This document shows positions 17,141 to 25,697 of a DNA stretch of 32,000 bases, in pieces (within the stretch, counting starts at the first letter, position 1; every line of letters starts with the position of its first letter). A program made the translations under genes and the position numbers. The stretch covers positions 1-32,000 of the forward strand of contig FP565575.1 in NCBI GenBank assembly GCA_000091165.1, written 5' to 3'. The notes below the pieces were generated by a model, which worked only from the letters and a program-made list of their open reading frames with translations, made no database searches and was not told the DNA's origin. This DNA is from Candidatus Methylomirabilis oxygeniifera. Its GTDB lineage: Bacteria > Methylomirabilota > Methylomirabilia > Methylomirabilales > Methylomirabilaceae.

Positions 17141-17307
17141 CGCAACGGTCTGGGCATGAGGCTGGTTGCTGGCTATCGTGCGCGTTCAGCCGCCGTGCGG
17201 GTCTGGCAAGACGCGCGTCAACCACAACCGGCTTCGCCGGCAAGTCGGCGTGCTTTGCCGCGTACGGTAGCACGGTCGGCTGCAAGCGCAGGTACCCTGC
17301 TCTATTG

Positions 17308-17607
17308 TTATAGCGAGTACACTGGTACGAGCACCTCGCGTTCCGCTGCTCGACGCCCGCGAACGCTTTCTTCTATCGTCTTCAGCACATTCGCGGCATA
17401 ATAACGTGTGCCGCATTGAGTACATACACCAGCGGGAACATTTTCAATCAGAACATATTGTCCACGCACCTGGCGATGCAACGTCACGTGCTTTTCGACG
17501 ATAGGCCCACCGCAATACTCGCAAGTCTCGCCTTTCCAGGCCTTCTGCCCGGGGCCATGACGCGGCTCGACCCACTCAGGGTGAACGCTATAGGGCGTGA
17601 AGAACAC
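17308..17607 (-). CDS. YgiT-type (MqsA-like) zinc-finger protein; start unresolved
   Basis: The C-terminal 76 aa read CEYCGG...VLIENVPAGVCTQCGTRYY..., a CxxC...CxxC arrangement with the NVPa.vC.qCG signature. The nearest in-frame start is GTG 17607. The ORF stays open upstream into the intron. Confidence 0.55.
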   Translation of the reverse strand: MFFTPYSVHPEWVEPRHGPGQKAWKGETCEYCGGPIVEKHVTLHRQVRGQYVLIENVPAGVCTQCGTRYYAANVLKTIEESVRGRRAAEREVLVPVYSL

Positions 17608-17700
17608 GGCTCGAAAGTTCCGAACGTCCAACGCTGGCGGTGAGCCGCCGCCGGAAGCGGAAGCGCAGCGGACGCTGTAGGCGGTCGGCTCCAATGCGAG

Positions 17701-19629
17701 GTGTACGCCCGTCATGGGCATGTGCTTATGGGGTGGAGGTCCCCTGTGGGAGAACCACCGTCAAGGTATGTGACGTCAACCACCAGCTTAAGGCAAGGGC
17801 AGTCCCGCGAGAGGCTGTCCGAAGGAAGCCGGCGGCAAAGCTGCGAGCCGAGGAACACGAACGCCATAGAAGGCCGACATCCCCGGGGCGAGTCAGCACA
17901 ACATGACAAAGCCCTGTGGTTCGGGGGACACGGTAAATGGCGCGGTTGTGCAGCCATAGTGCATGTCCTTATCCGGGGAGATCTGCTCGGCGTGCGGCCC
18001 GTGGTCGCCAGGGGAGCCGGACTGAGGCCCAGCCCGAAAGGGCTGGATACGCCACCGGACCCTACCGCGGCCCGGGCAGCGCGTACCGGAGTAATCCGGG
18101 ACGTAATCGGGCAGAAGTCAGCAGAGGCCATAGTAGGCGGGACGGCCGCAGCGGTCCGATCGCCCAAGGGCCGAACACGATGGCGCAAGGAGGAGCCGTG
18201 AGCCGCTCGGAGGAGACGTCGAACCCGTCCGGGGGAGTCTGCCACCGGCGCGGCCCCACGCAGCCAGCCTTGCACGACCACCTCATGGAGCGGGTGCTGG
18301 ACCGTGCGAACCTGCAACGGGCGTGGAAACAAGTCCAAGCCAACCGAGGTGCCCCGGGCATCGACGGCATGACGGTAGACGAGTTCCCCACCTTTGCCCG
18401 TGCGCACTGGGCCGATATCCGCCAAGCCCTGTTCGATGGCGTCTATCAGCCTTCTCCCGCACGGCGGGTGTTCATCCCTAAGCCCGGTGGTCGTGGTCAG
18501 CGTCCGCTGGGCATCCCCATCGTCCTGGATCGGCTGATCTGTCAAGCCATTCAGCAGGTCCTCACGCCGATCTTCGACCCGCACTTCTCGGAGTCGAGCT
18601 TCGGCTTCCGGCCTCGTCGCGCTGCCCACGGAGCCCTCAGGCAGGTAACGCGCGTCCTCCGGGAAGGCCGCCGCATGGCCGTGGATCTTGATCTGGCTCA
18701 GTTTTTCGACCAGGTCTCCCACGACGTGCTGATCGTCCGATTGAGCCGCAGGGTGTCCGATAGGCGCCTGCTGGCTTTGATCGGCCGCTACCTGCGGGCG
18801 GGCGTCCTGGCCGGGGAGGTCATTCAGGCAACCGAACTCGGGACCCCACAAGGGTCTCCGCTTTCGCCGTTGCTCGGCAACATCCTGTTGGACGACCTCG
18901 ACAAGGAACTGGAACGACGCCGGCTGCGTTTTGCCCGTTACGCTGATGATCTGCTCATCGTGGTCAACAGCGTGCGGGCCGGCCTGCGCGTCAAGGCCAG
19001 CCTCACCCGGTACCTGACCCGCCGGTTGAAACTGGTCGTCAATGAAGCCAAGAGCCGCGTGTGTCCCATCCGCGAGTGCACCTTCCTCGGGTTCACCTTT
19101 CGAGGGAGCAAACTCCGCTGGTCGGACGAGGCCTTCGCAGACTTCCAATACCGGGTCCGTCAACTGACCGGTCGCAGTTGGGGGGTCTCGATGTCCTACC
19201 GGCTCCGCCGACTTGCCCAGTACCTGAGAGGCTGGATGAACTACTTTGGCATCTCGGAGTATTACCGGCCCGTGCCGGAAATCGACCACTGGATTCGACG
19301 GCGTCTCCGTATGTGCTATTGGAAACAGTGGCGCTGGGCGCGAACCAAGGTGCGTCACCTTCTGGCCTTGGGGACCAGCCGGAGTCATGCGATCCTGACC
19401 GCCATTAGTCGGAAAAGCTACTGGCATCTGTCCAAGACCCTGGCAACCCAGACCGGCATGACCAATCAGTGGCTTGCCAGCCAGGGGCTTCTCTCGGTCC
19501 GTGCCCTGTGGATCAAGGCCCATGGCTACGCCTGAGGTTTCGTGTGCTCCACCGTCGTGAACCGCCCGGTGCGGACCCGCATGCCGGGTGGTGTGGGGGC
19601 TGGGGGTTAAAAACCCCCGGCTACCCGAT
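17701..19629 (+). mobile_element. Bacterial group II intron (about 1.93 kb) with an intron-encoded RT/maturase; the 5' boundary is tentative
   Basis: The 5' end GTGTACGCCCGTCATGGGC resembles GUGYG plus the first DI hairpin. Domain V is at 19561-19592, with a 2-nt bulge and a 4-nt loop. Domain VI is at 19596-19626 with bulged A 19623, 6 nt before the 3' end ...CUACCCGAU. The RT ORF sits in domain IV. Confidence 0.75.
18180..19535 (+). CDS. Group II intron reverse transcriptase/maturase (no En/HNH domain evident)
   Basis: RT blocks RRVFIPKPGGRGQRPLGIPIVLDRLICQA, DLDLAQFFDQVSHD, GTPQGSPLSPLLGNILLDDLD and RYADDLLIVV (YADD). C-terminal X/maturase region LRGWMNYFGISEYY. ATG 18180 is preferred over the tracked 17937. 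Confidence 0.9.
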   Translation: MAQGGAVSRSEETSNPSGGVCHRRGPTQPALHDHLMERVLDRANLQRAWKQVQANRGAPGIDGMTVDEFPTFARAHWADIRQALFDGVYQPSPARRVFIPKPGGRGQRPLGIPIVLDRLICQAIQQVLTPIFDPHFSESSFGFRPRRAAHGALRQVTRVLREGRRMAVDLDLAQFFDQVSHDVLIVRLSRRVSDRRLLALIGRYLRAGVLAGEVIQATELGTPQGSPLSPLLGNILLDDLDKELERRRLRFARYADDLLIVVNSVRAGLRVKASLTRYLTRRLKLVVNEAKSRVCPIRECTFLGFTFRGSKLRWSDEAFADFQYRVRQLTGRSWGVSMSYRLRRLAQYLRGWMNYFGISEYYRPVPEIDHWIRRRLRMCYWKQWRWARTKVRHLLALGTSRSHAILTAISRKSYWHLSKTLATQTGMTNQWLASQGLLSVRALWIKAHGYA

Positions 19630-20509
19630 TAGACGCCACCCGGTGCCGGGGGGTGCTCGCGGACGAAGACTTGAAACGAGATGTCCGAAGGGAGGAGTGT
19701 TTGCAGAGGACTGAGAAGGCCGAGTGCGAGCCACTGAACGGCCGAGACGAACAGCGAGGAACGGCGATCGTAGCGAAGGCGCTGCCACAGGCCTGTGCGG
19801 GTGAATGAGGGCAGTGTGCTGCGGTGGACCTCGCGAAAGCCATGAGACCGGAGCATGCCGGCGAGAGCGACGGGGTGGAAGTACGTCAGGTGAGGAGAAG
19901 GGAAGCCACGTTGCCACATGCGGTCAAGGGGTCCATGGAGACCGAGGCAGCTGAAGAGCCGCGCGAGCCGGAAAAGCACGCCCTTGCTGTTTGGAAGTAC
20001 CAGAGAACGAGGTGGCCTCCCGGCGATAGGCGCTGGAAGCACGCCGCGGCGGCGTCTCGGGGCGAAGGAAGATGCTCGAAGACGTCGTGAAAGCTGATGA
20101 CGTCGAAGACGGCGCGTTCAGGAAGGTCCTGAGGAAAGAACCCGGATATGACCGAGAGCCCGTCACGGCGCGCTTGAGCGGCGATAGCAGGATCCGGCTC
20201 CAGGCCGGTAGTGAGATAGCCACGCCGAGAGGCCTCTTGCAGGAACCACCCGTGCGCGCAGCCGACGTCGAGGAGCCGGGCCGGCTGAGGAATAGGAAGC
20301 TGCTGGAGGGTATCCAGCACGCGTTCGAAGCCGCGATGCCGAAGAGTGTCAAGGGCCTCTCGTCGTTCGGTCTCGTCGATAGTGCTGTGGGTCGCGTCGT
20401 CCCCGATGGCCGGCGTCAGAGTGGACGCGAGGAGGCCGCACCTCTGGCATTCGAACCAGTAGCCCCGGTGCGGACCGTTCATTTCGGACTGGCAGAGAAG
20501 GCAGTTCAT
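19629..20509 (-). pseudogene. Class I SAM-dependent methyltransferase with an N-terminal zinc ribbon, frameshifted
   Basis: The N-terminal part is ORF 19886..20509: MNCLLCQSEM...CQRCG, SAM motif LLDVGCAHGWF, then ...LSPGGHLVL. Homology then continues in another frame (ORF 19629..20042: ...VLPNSKGVLFRLARL...PHLTYF...). The shift is near 20005. The stop codon straddles the intron 3' junction. Confidence 0.65.
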
Positions 20510-20535
20510 CAGTGGTGTGGGCAGGCGTCTTCCAG

Positions 20536-21894
20536 CTAACTTGCCTCAGACGGCACGGGACAGGTAACTTGTAGGCCGAATGAGCGTGCGCGTGTGATGA
20601 GCGAGTGGATCTGCCGTTGGCGGTAGCGCTCCTCAGCGGACGCGGCCGAAGCGCGAATGTAGGCGGCACCCTTGGTGAGCATGGTCCAAACGATACGGGT
20701 GAGTTTATGGGCGGTGGTGGTGATCGCCACGGGTTTGCCAGCCCGGGCGGCGATCCGCCAACAGAACGCCCCCAACGCCGTCTCCGTGCGGCCCGCCGCC
20801 TGAGCGGCAAGCCTGAGGGCTTTCGACACCCGATTGGCACACGACCGCGTCCTGCGCCGGAGCACCTTCCCCCCCGAGATGTCGTGGGCGGGGCACAGGC
20901 CCAACCACGACGCGAACCGGCCCGGCGTTTCGAATCGGTCGATGTTCAATCCCACCTCCGCCATGATGATGCTCGCGGTGCTGTCGCTGATCCCATCGAT
21001 CTCCGTCAAATCCACCTCGCTCGTCTGTTTCCAGGACGCCACAATGTCGACCGTGTAGTCGGATTTGCTCTTCCGGCGGGGGGTCCGCTCCCCATCATCG
21101 GCATGTCCTGCCTGCGCCGAGCTCGGACGGGCGTCGACCGCACGTTTGATCGCCGCCTCAGTCTCGCCAATCAGACGCTGGTAGGTGTCCCAGAGTGTCA
21201 CCGCGTGGGAGAGGGCCAACAGATGCTCGGATCGCCACGTGCCCACCAGGGCCCGTCCGAAGGTGTCCGCATCGTATTTGCAGCGGCGATCTCGGAACTC
21301 GACCAGCGTCTGTGGACTCCGCTCTCCGGACAGGATCGCCCGGATGATCCCCATCCCGGTCTTGCCCGTGATGTCGGCCACTACCTCCGTCAGACGGACG
21401 TTCATCTGGATCATCGCCTTCTGCATCAACTGGACTTGGCGCGCCGCCGCATCGATCAGCTCCTGTCGTTGCCGGACCAGCGACCGCACCCGACATGCCT
21501 GGTCGTCCGGTCGGAAGGACGCCCGTAACAAGCCAAACGCATGCAGCTCCTGGAGCCACTGGCAATCCTTCAGGTCCGACTTGCGGCCCGGAACCGATTT
21601 CAACTCGCGCGGATTCACCAGACACACCTCGACCCCGGCCGACGCGAGCACATCGTACAGTGGAATCCAATAGACCCCCGTCGATTCCATTGCGACCGTC
21701 GTAATCCGCTCGGCACGGAGCCACTCCCGGATCGCCTCCAGATCGTCTGTAAACATCCCGAATCGACGGACCGTTTCGCCTTCACGGTCCGCCGGTATCG
21801 CCACCCACATCATCTCTCGTGACCCCACGTCGATGCCCGCGCTGTCGGGGTGGATGATTTCCCAGTGCCTACGCAAACGGTTCTTTCCGGCCAT
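20536..21894 (-). CDS. IS110-family transposase (DEDD RuvC-like plus Tnp domain recombinase)
   Basis: 452 aa. N-terminal AGIDVGS and VAMESTGVYWIPLYDVL. C-terminal IDGISDSTASIIMAEVG...FASWLGLCPAHDISGGK. Confidence 0.9.
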   Translation of the reverse strand: MAGKNRLRRHWEIIHPDSAGIDVGSREMMWVAIPADREGETVRRFGMFTDDLEAIREWLRAERITTVAMESTGVYWIPLYDVLASAGVEVCLVNPRELKSVPGRKSDLKDCQWLQELHAFGLLRASFRPDDQACRVRSLVRQRQELIDAAARQVQLMQKAMIQMNVRLTEVVADITGKTGMGIIRAILSGERSPQTLVEFRDRRCKYDADTFGRALVGTWRSEHLLALSHAVTLWDTYQRLIGETEAAIKRAVDARPSSAQAGHADDGERTPRRKSKSDYTVDIVASWKQTSEVDLTEIDGISDSTASIIMAEVGLNIDRFETPGRFASWLGLCPAHDISGGKVLRRRTRSCANRVSKALRLAAQAAGRTETALGAFCWRIAARAGKPVAITTTAHKLTRIVWTMLTKGAAYIRASAASAEERYRQRQIHSLITRARSFGLQVTCPVPSEAS

Positions 21895-22256
21895 ACATCC
21901 TCCTCGGCTTCTGTTTGATCAAAACGCCGTAGGCGATGCTCGATGCTAATTCTTCCAAGCGAGGTCGGCCACCCGGCCGCCATCAGTGATCCATCCTGCC
22001 ATCGCCCAGGTCATGCTAACGAACGGGCTCGAAGGCACCATTGCTGCTCCGACCTCTCCGGCGTCCATCACCCGCACCAGCATCATTGTGCCACAGTTAG
22101 TCGTTTTTCCATCGCGCGGCCCGCGGGTGGGGGCTAACTATTGAGTGAACCGCTCAGGCTCTGAGATAGACTGCGCAGTCTATTCAATCCCAGTTCGTAA
22201 GGCTTCCTGCGGAAAACACCTGCAATATACACTACTTGGGCTTGTGTTTGTCAACT
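21895..22256 (-). ncRNA. Candidate IS110 bridge/seek RNA region (non-coding left end)
   Basis: A 362-nt ORF-free stretch lies directly upstream of the IS110 recombinase. This is the arrangement of the IS110 subgroup, where the guide ncRNA is 5' of the ORF. It contains a perfect 18-nt palindrome ATAGACTGCGCAGTCTAT (22166-22183). The structure was not modelled. Confidence 0.3.
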
Positions 22257-22360
22257 TGATTTGGCCCACTTTGATCATCTGATTTGGCCCACCCTGTGAG
22301 ACAACACAGGGTGTTGTGCTCGCCGTGGTCGTCCCGCTCGTGTGTGTGTGGTGTCTGCGT

Positions 22361-23131
22361 CTACGCCCCTTTCGCTCGCCGCTGTCTGGCCAGCGTCCGT
22401 CGGAATCGATAGGATTCCGTTCCGGTCTCGATGATGTGCGCCTGGTCGGTGAGCCGATCGATCATGGCTTTGCATAACCGCGCATTGGGAAACATCGTCG
22501 TCCACTCGGAAAACGGCAGGTTCGTGGTGACAATGACCGCGGCCCGTTCCGCCCGCCCCGCGATCACCTGAAACAATACTTCCCCGGCGGTCTCCGGCAT
22601 CGTCACGTACGCCATTTCATCCACCACGAGCACCTCGTAGCGCATCCAGCGCGCCAACACCCGACTCAACTCGTTTTGGTGGCGCGCCTCCATCAACTCG
22701 TTCACCAACTCGGCCGCCGTCGTGAACCGTACGCGCTTCCGCTGCCGGCAGGCGACGACGGCCAGCGCGATCGCCAGGTGCGTCTTGCCGGTCCCGGCGT
22801 CGCCGAGGAAAAGCACGGGTTCCGCCCGCCCGATCCAGTCGCCGGTGCCGAGTGTGCGGACTACTGACGCCGAGACCTGCGGGGCCATCGTGAAGTCGAA
22901 GTCCTCGAGGGTCTTGACCTTGGGCAACCGCGCCTCCTTGATCCGGCGCGCCACGACGTTCCGCTCCCGTTCTTCGACCTCCGCCTCCAATAAGGCCTCC
23001 AAGTATGCCAGGTGGCTCTGGTGCGCCTTTGCCGCGTGTTCTGCCTGTCGCCCGCACTGACCCGCGACGGTCGGGAGATGTAACTGTCGACACCACTGGG
23101 TGATGGCCGCGACCTCAACAGGGGCGCTCAC
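22361..23131 (-). CDS. istB: IS21-family helper ATPase IstB
   Basis: Walker [15 protein letters not shown] and Walker [10 protein letters not shown]. The GTG start overlaps the istA stop (GTGA). The tracked 292-aa version starts too far upstream. Confidence 0.9.
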   Translation of the reverse strand: MSAPVEVAAITQWCRQLHLPTVAGQCGRQAEHAAKAHQSHLAYLEALLEAEVEERERNVVARRIKEARLPKVKTLEDFDFTMAPQVSASVVRTLGTGDWIGRAEPVLFLGDAGTGKTHLAIALAVVACRQRKRVRFTTAAELVNELMEARHQNELSRVLARWMRYEVLVVDEMAYVTMPETAGEVLFQVIAGRAERAAVIVTTNLPFSEWTTMFPNARLCKAMIDRLTDQAHIIETGTESYRFRRTLARQRRAKGA

Positions 23132-24699
23132 TGGAGCACCTCTGTCGTGAGCGAGCCCAGCAACCGATCGTACGCGGCCATGCTTGGCAGGGGCCGTTCG
23201 TAGCGCGCCAATCGCCCGATCTCGATCGCCTCCGGGCACGGCCTGACGGACTGGGGCGCCTGGTCCAGCAAGTAGCGGATGGCCGCCACATCGGAGACGC
23301 CGAGTTCGACGGCCTCGTGTACCACCGCCCGTAGCCGCTCATAGCTATGCTGCCGTCCTAGCAGTAAGACCTCGATCATCGCCCGCGTCCCTTGCTGCCG
23401 GCCGTGACGGTGCCGGAGCGTCTCCCAAAATCGATCGAAGCTCTCCGGCCATTTCCCCTGCGCCCGCCATTGGTGTAGGGGCGTCGATCCGGCGAAGGCG
23501 CCTGGCTTCTTCAGGAGGACGTCCAGGTAATGCTCCAGCTCCAGTACCGGCTGCTGTCGTCCAAAACACCGTTCGTGCTGCGCTACCCGTCGCCCGTCGT
23601 ACCAGACCTCCACATAGGCCGCCTGCACCTTGGCCTCCACCCGTGTCCCCACCGGGAGCGGGACCGAGTACCAGTTCGTCCGCACCTTGACACACCCGCT
23701 GCTGTTCACCATCGGAAACGACACCGCGGCTAGGTCGAACCCCTCGTGGGCGAGCGGCAACAGGTGCTCCCGTTCGAGGACCATCGCCGCCCCCACGGTG
23801 TGGGTCCGGCCGGCAATGACCCGCTGTGCGTCCTCCCGGCATCCGGCCACCAGCAGGGCGTTCAGCTGGGCGAGATCGGGGGCCACCGGGAGCGGCACCA
23901 AGTAGTTCCGCCGGAACTGTCCCCCTTCCCCTTCGACGCCGCCCTTCTCGTGGCCTCGTGCGGGATTGCAAAACTCGCTCTCGAACCCCCAATGCGATCG
24001 GAAGGCGACGAACCGCGCCGTCTCTTCCCGCTGACGGCCACGCAGGATCTTCTGCACCGCACTCTTCAGATTATCGTAGCGGAGCTGGTGGAAGACCCCA
24101 CCAAAGTAGGCGAAGGCCTCCTCGTGAGCCTCCAGAAAGGCCTGCTGTGTCGCATGCCGGTAGGCGCGGTGAAACGCCGCGCCGCTGGCCATGCTGCGCA
24201 TACAGAAGATGGCGACCTGTTCCCGTTCGCCCTCCACCTCTGCCCACGCCTCATACCAGTCCACTTGTGCCTCGACGCCCCACGTGTAGCTCTGCGGAAT
24301 GAAGGTATCGCGTGTCACGAGGCTCAGCGCTCCCTTGCGTTGCCGCACGTACCGACGAATGGTCGATTCTCCCACCGGCCACTCCGGCTTCTCCTGGCAC
24401 ACTCGCCGCCAGATCCGATGCGCCGTATGCCGTTGTTTCCGTGGGGCGTGCCGATCCGCTTCCAAGATCTCGTCGATGAAGGCCGCGATCGGTCCCAGCG
24501 TCGGCCGCTGCCGTGTCGCTCGCTTCCGCGCGGGTGGTACCGCGCCGGCTAAGGCCTGCCGTACCATCCGCCGGTGCACCCCGAACGTGCGCGCGACCCC
24601 AGTGATCGTACCCTCTCCATGCTCATATTCCCGTCTCATCTGCTCGAATAGCTCCACCGTTTTTCTCCTCGTGCTCACCCGGCCTCCCTTCCGGGCCAT
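23128..24699 (-). CDS. istA: IS21-family transposase IstA
   Basis: 523 aa. N-terminal [22 protein letters not shown], a DDE catalytic core region, and a typical IstA C-terminus. Confidence 0.9.
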   Translation of the reverse strand: MARKGGRVSTRRKTVELFEQMRREYEHGEGTITGVARTFGVHRRMVRQALAGAVPPARKRATRQRPTLGPIAAFIDEILEADRHAPRKQRHTAHRIWRRVCQEKPEWPVGESTIRRYVRQRKGALSLVTRDTFIPQSYTWGVEAQVDWYEAWAEVEGEREQVAIFCMRSMASGAAFHRAYRHATQQAFLEAHEEAFAYFGGVFHQLRYDNLKSAVQKILRGRQREETARFVAFRSHWGFESEFCNPARGHEKGGVEGEGGQFRRNYLVPLPVAPDLAQLNALLVAGCREDAQRVIAGRTHTVGAAMVLEREHLLPLAHEGFDLAAVSFPMVNSSGCVKVRTNWYSVPLPVGTRVEAKVQAAYVEVWYDGRRVAQHERCFGRQQPVLELEHYLDVLLKKPGAFAGSTPLHQWRAQGKWPESFDRFWETLRHRHGRQQGTRAMIEVLLLGRQHSYERLRAVVHEAVELGVSDVAAIRYLLDQAPQSVRPCPEAIEIGRLARYERPLPSMAAYDRLLGSLTTEVLQ

Positions 24700-24810
24700 T
24701 CGGCCCGGAATATGATACGCCGGCGTGGGGGTAGAGGGTGGGCCAAATCAGATGATCGAAGTGGGCCAATTTAGAGTAGCGAAATCAACTCTCTCTAGAC
24801 CATGATCGCC

Positions 24811-24842
24811 TCGATATACTGCCGGGCGTGGCAGTATATCGA
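24811..24842. repeat. Perfect 13-bp inverted repeat with a 6-nt spacer
   Basis: TCGATATACTGCC-gggcgt-GGCAGTATATCGA, about 24 nt outside the IS21 end. Confidence 0.8.
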
Positions 24843-25224
24843 GATATCGCCCGCGGGATACCCCGGAAGCTCCGGGCGGGTCTGCCGAAAACAGGACGGC
24901 CCTTTGGGGCTTACAATCTCCAAAGGGCCGTGATGAATTCCGTCAGTCGGACGCTGGTCCGGTTCGCGTGTAGGTTTCCACCGGCTGCCATAACCACTCT
25001 CCCTCGTCCCACGGAACAGGTGCCACTACTGACCGCTAGGCAGGGCTGTCGAAGTGGCCCGATGATAATGTCCGATTCAGACAGGGGTCAAGAGAAAAGT
25101 ATAGCGAGGAGAACAGATTGAGGCGACAAGCCGTGGACAGATAAGCAAGAAGCGCAGAGGACAAATCCTGGTAGCAGTTAGATGAACAAAAAAAGGGGAG
25201 CTGCAGGGTGGTATGACCTCGGTA

Positions 25225-25271
25225 TTGACGGTATCGTCTTGGGGGGGATATACTTTACCCAGGTAGGGTAT
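25225..25271 (+). promoter_or_regulatory. csoR promoter (TTGACG-18-TATACT) overlapping a 22-bp pseudo-palindrome (candidate CsoR operator)
   Basis: -35 at 25225-25230 and -10 at 25249-25254. ATACTTTACCCAGGTAGGGTAT at 25250-25271 has 8 of 11 symmetric pairs and is ATAC..GGGTAT-like, as in known CsoR operators. Confidence 0.5.
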
Positions 25272-25297
25272 AGTGCGATACACATTTGGAGGCTGGG

Positions 25298-25576
25298 ATG
25301 ATCGACGAGGAGGCGAAGCAAAAGGCGCTGGCCCGCTTGAGTCGGATCGAGGGCCAGGTGCAGGGCGTACAGCGGATGGTGGAGGAGGGGAAGTACTGCG
25401 TCGATATCCTGCTCCAACTCTCCGCCATCGAGGGCGCGTTGGAACAGGTTCGCAAGATCCTCCTCGGCCGTCATATCGAATCGTGTGTTGCGGAGGCGAT
25501 GGCCGCCGGGCGGGCGGAGGATCGTCAGAAGAAGATCGAAGAGCTTCTGGAGGTCTTCTCGCGTTACGGCCGGTAG
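25298..25576 (+). CDS. csoR: CsoR-family copper-sensing transcriptional repressor
   Basis: 92 aa. DUF156 core RLSRIEGQVQGVQRMVEEGKYCVDILLQLSAI...RHIESC carries the C-H-C Cu(I) ligand pattern. GGAGG sits 5 nt before ATG 25298. Confidence 0.9.
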   Translation: MIDEEAKQKALARLSRIEGQVQGVQRMVEEGKYCVDILLQLSAIEGALEQVRKILLGRHIESCVAEAMAAGRAEDRQKKIEELLEVFSRYGR

Positions 25577-25697
25577 GGCAATAGGAAGCGCTTGGCTGTC
25601 GGCTCTCAGCCTCCAGAAGACACAAACCAGAAACGAGCAATAGTGAGGATAATTCGGTGGATTCGGGGTTCCTGCGGCCATTAGTCTTGCATCAGAT

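Larger units (their letters stand above)
20510..22256 (-). mobile_element. IS110-family insertion sequence (ends not resolved)
   Basis: Transposase ORF, at most 26 nt of 3' flank before the methyltransferase start, and about 360 nt of non-coding 5' flank up to the IS21 end. IS110 elements lack classical IRs, so the boundaries are bracketed only. Confidence 0.45.
22257..24787 (-). mobile_element. IS21-family insertion sequence (istA-istB), apparently intact
   Basis: About 2.53 kb with TGATTT... termini. A repeated (A/T)TTGGCCCAC motif appears twice at each end (22257-22269, 22280-22292, 24738-24750, 24761-24770). The arms TTGGCCCACTT(T/C)GATCATCTGATTTGGCCCACCCT are inverted. Direct repeat TCAACT at 22251-22256 and 24785-24790. 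Confidence 0.8.

Noticed and set aside
17712-19523. 603-aa ORF on the minus strand
   Set aside because: It lies entirely antisense to the group II intron RT/maturase and ribozyme domains. Its composition is low-complexity and rich in P, G, R and A, typical of a spurious open frame in GC-rich DNA. It has no motifs.
20605-21528. 307-aa plus-strand ORF, and several 60-190-aa ORFs between 20.3 and 21.9 kb
   Set aside because: They are antisense or out-of-frame shadows of the IS110 transposase gene, Arg/Pro-rich, with no motifs.
23345-24715. Multiple 60-270-aa ORFs overlapping istA in other frames
   Set aside because: They are shadow ORFs of a clearly recognisable IS21 IstA gene.
24828-25121. 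97-aa plus-strand ORF in the IS21-csoR spacer
   Set aside because: It has no RBS, an Arg-rich composition and no motif. It overlaps the hairpin-rich region and is more likely non-coding.
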